NCBI GenBank assembly: GCA_013166775.1
Contig: JABLTJ010000006.1
Span: 1-64,000 of the forward strand
Length of the DNA: 64,000 nt
Direction: 5' to 3'
Source of the DNA: Promethearchaeati archaeon
GTDB taxonomy: Archaea > Asgardarchaeota > Heimdallarchaeia > Heimdallarchaeales > Heimdallarchaeaceae
Within the stretch, counting starts at the first letter, position 1. Each line of letters opens with the position of its first letter. Positions 60,393 to 64,000 of the stretch are shown here, one piece after another. The position numbers and the translations under genes were made by a program. The notes under the pieces are model-generated. The model was not told where the DNA came from, did not search any database, and saw nothing but the letters and a program-made list of their open reading frames with translations.

Positions 60393-61682
60393 ATGAATAA
60401 GGATTTAGAATTTCCTGAAAATTTCCTCTGGGGAGCAGCTCAATCTGCATATCAAACAGAAGGTCATAATTATAATAATGATTGGTATAAATTTGAACAA
60501 ATAAAAGGAAAAATCAAAAACAATGATACTTGTGGTGCAGCTTGTGATCATTATAATCGCTTTGATTCTGATTTTGAACTTTTGAGCAATCTAAATCAGA
60601 ATGCTCATAGGACAGGCATTGAATGGAGTAGAATTGTTCCTGAAGAAAATGAAGTGAATCATGATGAAATAGAACATTATCATAAAGTATTTGAATCACT
60701 AAAGAAACACAATTTAACAAGTTTTGTAACAGTTCATCATTTTACGATCCCCCTCTGGTTTGAGAAGAAAGGAGGGTTTCTCAAAAGAAAGAATCTCAAG
60801 CACTTTGAGTACTATTGTGATATTTTAGCTAAGAATTTCCCAGAAGTAGAGTACTGGAACACAATAAATGAACCTGGAGTTTTGCCATTAATGGGTTATA
60901 TGTCAAAAGATTATCCTCCTGGAAGAAGCTCGTTTCTAGCATTTCTTAAGGTATACAATAATATTCTAAGAGCGCATGGAATCGCTTATCATAAAATAAA
61001 GGAAAAAAATCCTAAGAGTCAAGTTGGTATTGTTAAAAATGTTCCCTATTTTTATCAGAAATTTTATGGCAAATTTTGGAAAAAGAGAGTGGTATCTTTT
61101 TTTGATAATGTCTACAATCAGATTTTTTTTGATTTACTAAATAATGGCAGAGTCTCATTAAATCCACTAATAAGAGAAAAATGCTTGAAAGGAACATCTG
61201 ATTTCTTTGGAATAAATTATTATGATGCTCTATACTTTAAATTTAAACTTGGTATTCCTTATGGAATGGATTTTATGCTTCCTGAAGATACTAGATTTAC
61301 TCAAATGGGTTGGGGAATTTATCCAAGAGGATTATATGAAAATATTATGAGAGTTAAGAAAGAATTTAATGGACCAATATATATAACTGAAAATGGCATC
61401 GCAACTCTCGAAGATAAAGAGAGACAATCATTCATTTTGGAGCACCTTTTAGCAGTTCACAGAGCGATTAAGGAGGGTGCAGATGTTCGAGGATTTTTCT
61501 ACTGGTCTTCAATGGATAATTGGGAATGGGCAGAAGGATTCGAACCTCGTTTTGGATTAATAGGAATTGACTATGAGACACAAGAAAGACAAATCAGAGA
61601 GTCAGCTAAAATGTATGGAGAAATAGCTAAACAAAACAAAATCTCAGCAAACCTGTTAGAGAAGTTTAAATTAAATGCTTAA
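60393..61682 (+). CDS. Glycoside hydrolase family 1 beta-glycosidase
   Basis: FLWG....AYQ.EG, TINEP, YITENG and DNWEWAEG motifs. Confidence 0.95.
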   Translation: MNKDLEFPENFLWGAAQSAYQTEGHNYNNDWYKFEQIKGKIKNNDTCGAACDHYNRFDSDFELLSNLNQNAHRTGIEWSRIVPEENEVNHDEIEHYHKVFESLKKHNLTSFVTVHHFTIPLWFEKKGGFLKRKNLKHFEYYCDILAKNFPEVEYWNTINEPGVLPLMGYMSKDYPPGRSSFLAFLKVYNNILRAHGIAYHKIKEKNPKSQVGIVKNVPYFYQKFYGKFWKKRVVSFFDNVYNQIFFDLLNNGRVSLNPLIREKCLKGTSDFFGINYYDALYFKFKLGIPYGMDFMLPEDTRFTQMGWGIYPRGLYENIMRVKKEFNGPIYITENGIATLEDKERQSFILEHLLAVHRAIKEGADVRGFFYWSSMDNWEWAEGFEPRFGLIGIDYETQERQIRESAKMYGEIAKQNKISANLLEKFKLNA

Positions 61683-61697
61683 GATATATATTATTAA

Positions 61698-62207
61698 ATG
61701 ATAAATTCTATCAAGATTCTCTATGATCCTAAAGTTGATGAAAAAGAAGTTCAAGCTATTAGTACAGTTATCGAAGAGATTTATCAGATAGAAGTTGCAA
61801 GTAGTACCATTTTCAAAATAAAAAAGGCAGCTTATAATAAAAAAAGAAAGCAATACAATGGTCAAAAGCTGTTAAATGAGTTAATAGATGAAGAAAATCT
61901 CGAGTTTTTTTTCTGGATTATAAAAGATGATATTTATGTACCTGTTATGAATTTTGTTTTTGGATTAGCAACACAGTTTTGTGGTGCAATAGTTTCATTC
62001 TACAGATTAGAATCTCTAGAGATGAAAATCAAAGAAAGTGTACATGAATGTGGACATATCCTTGGTTTAGGGCATTGTACCAATCTCTGTGTGATGCAAT
62101 ATTCACATAATCTCCAAGAAGCAATTGAAAAACCTTCTAGTTTATGTTCAGAATGTGAAAATAAAATAAAGGAAAACAAGAGAAATTTTGAACCAAACAA
62201 AGATTAA
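61698..62207 (+). CDS. amzA: Archaemetzincin (M54 zinc metalloprotease)
   Basis: HECGHILGLGHC, CVM Met-turn, LCSEC and NFVFG motifs. Confidence 0.9.
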   Translation: MINSIKILYDPKVDEKEVQAISTVIEEIYQIEVASSTIFKIKKAAYNKKRKQYNGQKLLNELIDEENLEFFFWIIKDDIYVPVMNFVFGLATQFCGAIVSFYRLESLEMKIKESVHECGHILGLGHCTNLCVMQYSHNLQEAIEKPSSLCSECENKIKENKRNFEPNKD

Positions 62208-62232
62208 ATAAATACCTTGCCTTCAGTACTAA

Positions 62233-62508
62233 ATGAAGTCAGGTGTCAATTGGTTGCATCAACGATTTGTTAGCTCCATAGTAGAAAGTTGTACAAAAGA
62301 CCAAAGCTATGTAATCATGTTAAAATGGGATGCAATAAATGAAGTTCATACGAAACTAAAACAGAAGTGTGAACTAGTACAACAAATAGGTGGTATTATA
62401 GAGAAATACCAATATAAGGATTTAAAAATATCCTTCTATAAAACAGGAAAACTGTTGCTAACAAATGTGAATCATATAGATGTTTTGCTGAAAGAACTAT
62501 TCAAGTGA
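62233..62508 (+). CDS. Small hypothetical protein co-transcribed with iscS-iscU
   Basis: Overlaps the iscS start (GTGA); single Cys (ESCT) and ISFYKTGKLLL. Confidence 0.6.
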   Translation: MKSGVNWLHQRFVSSIVESCTKDQSYVIMLKWDAINEVHTKLKQKCELVQQIGGIIEKYQYKDLKISFYKTGKLLLTNVNHIDVLLKELFK

Positions 62509-63725
62509 TAACAATGTCTAACGTTGAAGATTTATTAAAACAACACGGAAAGGCAATCAAAGAAGTATATCTAGATTGGGAGAATGGTACAAGAATAGAA
62601 GAAGAAGTGCTTGAAGCAATGAAACCATTTTATTTAGAAAAACAATTTGGCAATCCTGCAATTACGCATAGAGTTGGTTGGGAGACGTATGATTTTTATG
62701 TAAAAGCAAAAACAACTCTAGCAAAACCTCTGAATGTTCAACCACAATCCATCGCGTTAACTCATAGCTTCACTGAATCCAATAATCTAGCTATCAAAGG
62801 TTTAGCGAAGATGAATAAAAAAAGAAAGAAAATTATTGTCTCTGAAGTAGAACATCTTAGTGTTATTCATACTGCCAAATCTATGTTCAGTGATGACTAC
62901 AAAGTAGTGATTTTACCTGTTTCAAATGATGGAACTGTGAATGTCGACATGCTTCAAGAGGAACTAGATAGTGAAACTTTGCTAGTTAGTTTACAATCTA
63001 TCAATCATGAAATTGGGACAATACAACCGGTAAGAGAAGCTTTGGAAATTGTAAAAGACTTCGATGAGAAAATATTCTTTCATACTGATGCTACTTCGGC
63101 TTTTGGAAGAATTCCTCTAGATCTGAGTAATTTAGATGTTGATTTAGCTTCCTTCAGTAGTAATAGAATACTTGGTCCAAAAGGGATTGCTGGGTTGTAT
63201 ATCAAGGAAGGGATAAAACTAAAATCAATTTATGAAGGGCAACTCAGTGTTGAAACTCTCTCACCAGATGTGGAAAATCCTGCATTACTTGCTGGTTTTG
63301 CGAAAGCAGTGGAATTGCAATTTAAGCAGTTTGAAGAAATAAGAGAACATACAATTAAACTTAGGGATAAATTGATGTATGGGTTGCATACAAGTATTGA
63401 GCGAACTGATATTAATGGTCCTGCAGGAAATAGAAGAGCACCTGACAATGTTAACATAAGTTTCCTTGGATGCGAAGGTGAAGCGTTAACAGTCGATTCT
63501 TCAATGAACGGCATTTATGCTTCAAGTGGAAGTGCTTGCACTAGTAGAGTATTAATGCCAAGTCATATACTTACAGCAATTGGTCGGAAACCTGAGGAAG
63601 CTCATGGAAGTTTATTGATGAAAGTCAATAGATTAAACACTGAAGAAGAAATAGATTACGTATTAGAAAAAATGCCTAAAATTATTGAGAGAATAAGATC
63701 AATAACGGGTGGAATACAAATTTAG
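62505..63725 (+). CDS. iscS: IscS/NifS-like protein with Lys->Arg at the PLP site
   Basis: FGNP, TESNN, EH.SV, NHEIGTIQP, SSNRILGPKG and SGSACTS; immediately upstream of iscU. Confidence 0.88.
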   Translation: MITMSNVEDLLKQHGKAIKEVYLDWENGTRIEEEVLEAMKPFYLEKQFGNPAITHRVGWETYDFYVKAKTTLAKPLNVQPQSIALTHSFTESNNLAIKGLAKMNKKRKKIIVSEVEHLSVIHTAKSMFSDDYKVVILPVSNDGTVNVDMLQEELDSETLLVSLQSINHEIGTIQPVREALEIVKDFDEKIFFHTDATSAFGRIPLDLSNLDVDLASFSSNRILGPKGIAGLYIKEGIKLKSIYEGQLSVETLSPDVENPALLAGFAKAVELQFKQFEEIREHTIKLRDKLMYGLHTSIERTDINGPAGNRRAPDNVNISFLGCEGEALTVDSSMNGIYASSGSACTSRVLMPSHILTAIGRKPEEAHGSLLMKVNRLNTEEEIDYVLEKMPKIIERIRSITGGIQI

Positions 63726-63737
63726 AAGGAAAAGAAA

Positions 63738-64000
63738 ATGTCAAGTAGAATACCATTACCATATGCTCCAAGAGTCCTTGAGTTATTTCAAAATCCACAA
63801 AATTTAGGAAGAATGGAAAATGCTACTATTACTTCATCAGCTGGAAGTCCAGCTTGTGGTGATATGATCGCATTTTATCTTTTAATTGATGAAAAAAGTG
63901 AAGTAATAACTAAATCAAGCTTTGAAAGCTATGGTTGCGCAAGCAATATCGCAGCTGCAAGTCAACTAACAATTATGATAGAAAATAAAACTCTAGAGGA
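63738..64000 (+). CDS. iscU: IscU/NifU-N Fe-S scaffold protein (runs off window end)
   Basis: MSSRIPLPYAPRVLELFQNPQNLG...GSPACGDMI...YGCASNIAAAS; not in the ORF track because it is truncated. Confidence 0.92.
   Translation, partial: MSSRIPLPYAPRVLELFQNPQNLGRMENATITSSAGSPACGDMIAFYLLIDEKSEVITKSSFESYGCASNIAAASQLTIMIENKTLE

Noticed and set aside
729-63514. Many short ORFs antisense to or nested in long genes (e.g. 1351-2406, 17127-17900, 47990-49021)
   Set aside because: Shadow ORFs opposite well-supported genes, with no motifs
1-64000. CRISPR array, IS element, provirus or rRNA
   Set aside because: No regularly spaced repeats, transposase or viral hallmark motifs, or extended rRNA-like sequence seen; the 16S-like stretch at ~57185-57212 is explained by the antisense sRNA guide

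Overview
This is an AT-rich, gene-dense archaeal chromosome segment, very likely from an Asgard archaeon (Heimdallarchaeia-like). That assignment rests on archaeal LonB, class I CCA/ThpR/RNase Z/Trm11 synteny, archaemetzincin, and eukaryotic-signature-like proteins (ARPC4-like, longin-like, C2H2 finger). Most of the window is housekeeping: transporters, TldD/PmbA, radical SAM enzymes, PolB, a tRNA-processing cluster, GH1/GT4, IscS-IscU and tRNA-Gly(CCC). There is one decayed patch at about 43.4-44.5 kb. No CRISPR array, transposase, integrase or rRNA was seen. The most notable signals are: (1) all three cysteine-desulfurase homologues lack the PLP-binding lysine but keep the persulfide cysteine; (2) the syntenic CCA-adding enzyme appears catalytically degenerate while the local tRNA encodes its own CCA; (3) an ARPC4-like gene is present; (4) an unannotated intergenic box C/D sRNA has a guide complementary to SSU rRNA helix 34; (5) the family B polymerase has intact polymerase motifs but a degenerate exonuclease; (6) there are hybrid architectures (REC+longin/uDENN-like, RHH+C2H2, DMT+AsnC). 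All family calls come from motif recognition by eye, not from database searches.
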